A DNA stretch of 64,000 nucleotides. It comes from Ramazzottius varieornatus (taxonomy: Eukaryota; Animalia; Tardigrada). Shown piece after piece: positions 63,128 through 64,000 of this stretch. Each line of letters begins with the position of its first letter. The stretch's first letter is position 1. The notes beneath the pieces are model-generated. The model saw only the letters and a list, made by a program, of their open reading frames with translations. It made no database searches and had not been told where the DNA came from. The position numbers and the translations under genes were made by a program. The DNA is taken from contig BDGG01000010.1 in assembly GCA_001949185.1 (NCBI GenBank), positions 659,337 through 723,336 on the forward strand, in the 5' to 3' direction.

Positions 63128-64000
63128 TAATACAGTAACATGGGCCGTGAAAAACCATCCGTTCTGCCTTTCGGAGCCCGTTGTAGCGAGTGCGGACAGC
63201 CGTCAGCGAAGCGCAAACGGAAAACACGGTGTAGACTATTCAGGTTCGGGTTAACGGGTTGCTTTGCGGTACGGCAAAGCATTGTAAATCATCCACAGTT
63301 CAGTTTTTGAGCCAGAAATCCAGACATGATTTGCGACTCTTTCTCAGCGTCTTTTCTTCGCTCTCGTTTGCGGAAGTAGCTTTGTTTTGTCATTCGAGAC
63401 TTTTCGATAATCTATGGCACTCTACAGTGGATGTCCAAATTCTTTCTGTTCCTCTACCTGACGAGACAGTTGCTGAAGGCACGGGAAGGTAAGTTCAGCA
63501 CCATCTTCCACCACCGGAAGTTTACAAGTTATTACGGATGACTCTTGTTCAGGCTCGGTCTTTCTTCATTTAGGATTTCGGTGGTCATTGCAAGCCCCTA
63601 CAGCGGTAGCCATTTGGAACGGTGGAATTCCTATTTGGAACACTAGCAAAAATCGGAGGAAATTTAGGAATTCCACGAGGTAAACAGTCGAAGATCCAGC
63701 AGATCGTGTCGAAAAACTGAACCCGATGCAGGCTCACACATGCGTACCACTGAGGCTAATTGGTCGTTCAGTTGAACGACCAGTAGCATTTTCGATCCGT
63801 CGCACTAAAGTATGCGGCGCATTCAACTGTGCGTAAGTCCTCGATTTTCCCTTGGACTTTCAGGTCCGACAAAACCGAAAGTTCGGATCGGCCAATCTCC
63901 AGCTGGCTTTCAGTCTCAAAACCAATATTTGTTGATGACTTCAGATCATGGTTATTGTTTTAGATGGGTATTGTAAATATTCGCTGCGTCCGCGGAGTAC

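Noticed and set aside
63260-64000. Possible 3' exons of a further minus-strand gene
   Set aside because: The reading frames are ambiguous and truncated by the window edge.

Overview
This is a gene-dense eukaryotic (metazoan) window with short GT-AG introns and one 50-N gap. The compact architecture and gene content fit a small invertebrate genome such as a eutardigrade (inference, not proven). Recognisable genes, in order: OSBP (5' part), a TMED/p24 GOLD protein, an unknown gene, Ariadne/ARIH1, UNC119, a tiny hydrophilic orphan, a decayed BTB gene, GLO1, a class-A GPCR, a Cys-rich serum amyloid A-like secreted protein, a CLP1 paralogue missing its P-loop, a split Ariadne duplicate interrupted by a CRE-like non-LTR retrotransposon and a TNA-flanked pogo/Tc5-like DNA transposon, an SLC22 transporter, GNPTG, SNRNP40, a BBOX-like dioxygenase, KDM6/UTX with a bacterial-type NmrA gene nested in a JmjC intron, TTC32, an ABHD1/2/3-family hydrolase and PHF10. 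The most notable signals are: (1) a dispersed palindromic element (GTGGCGCAC-N25-GTGCGCCAC) in about 15 copies with an almost invariant 25-bp spacer; (2) the nested, intron-containing, probably mitochondrion-targeted bacterial-like NmrA gene; (3) the disulfide-rich SAA-like protein; (4) the 67-aa disordered orphan with full promoter and intron signals; (5) roughly 10-fold over-representation of TGACGTCA. All homology calls come from motif recognition by eye; no searches were run.
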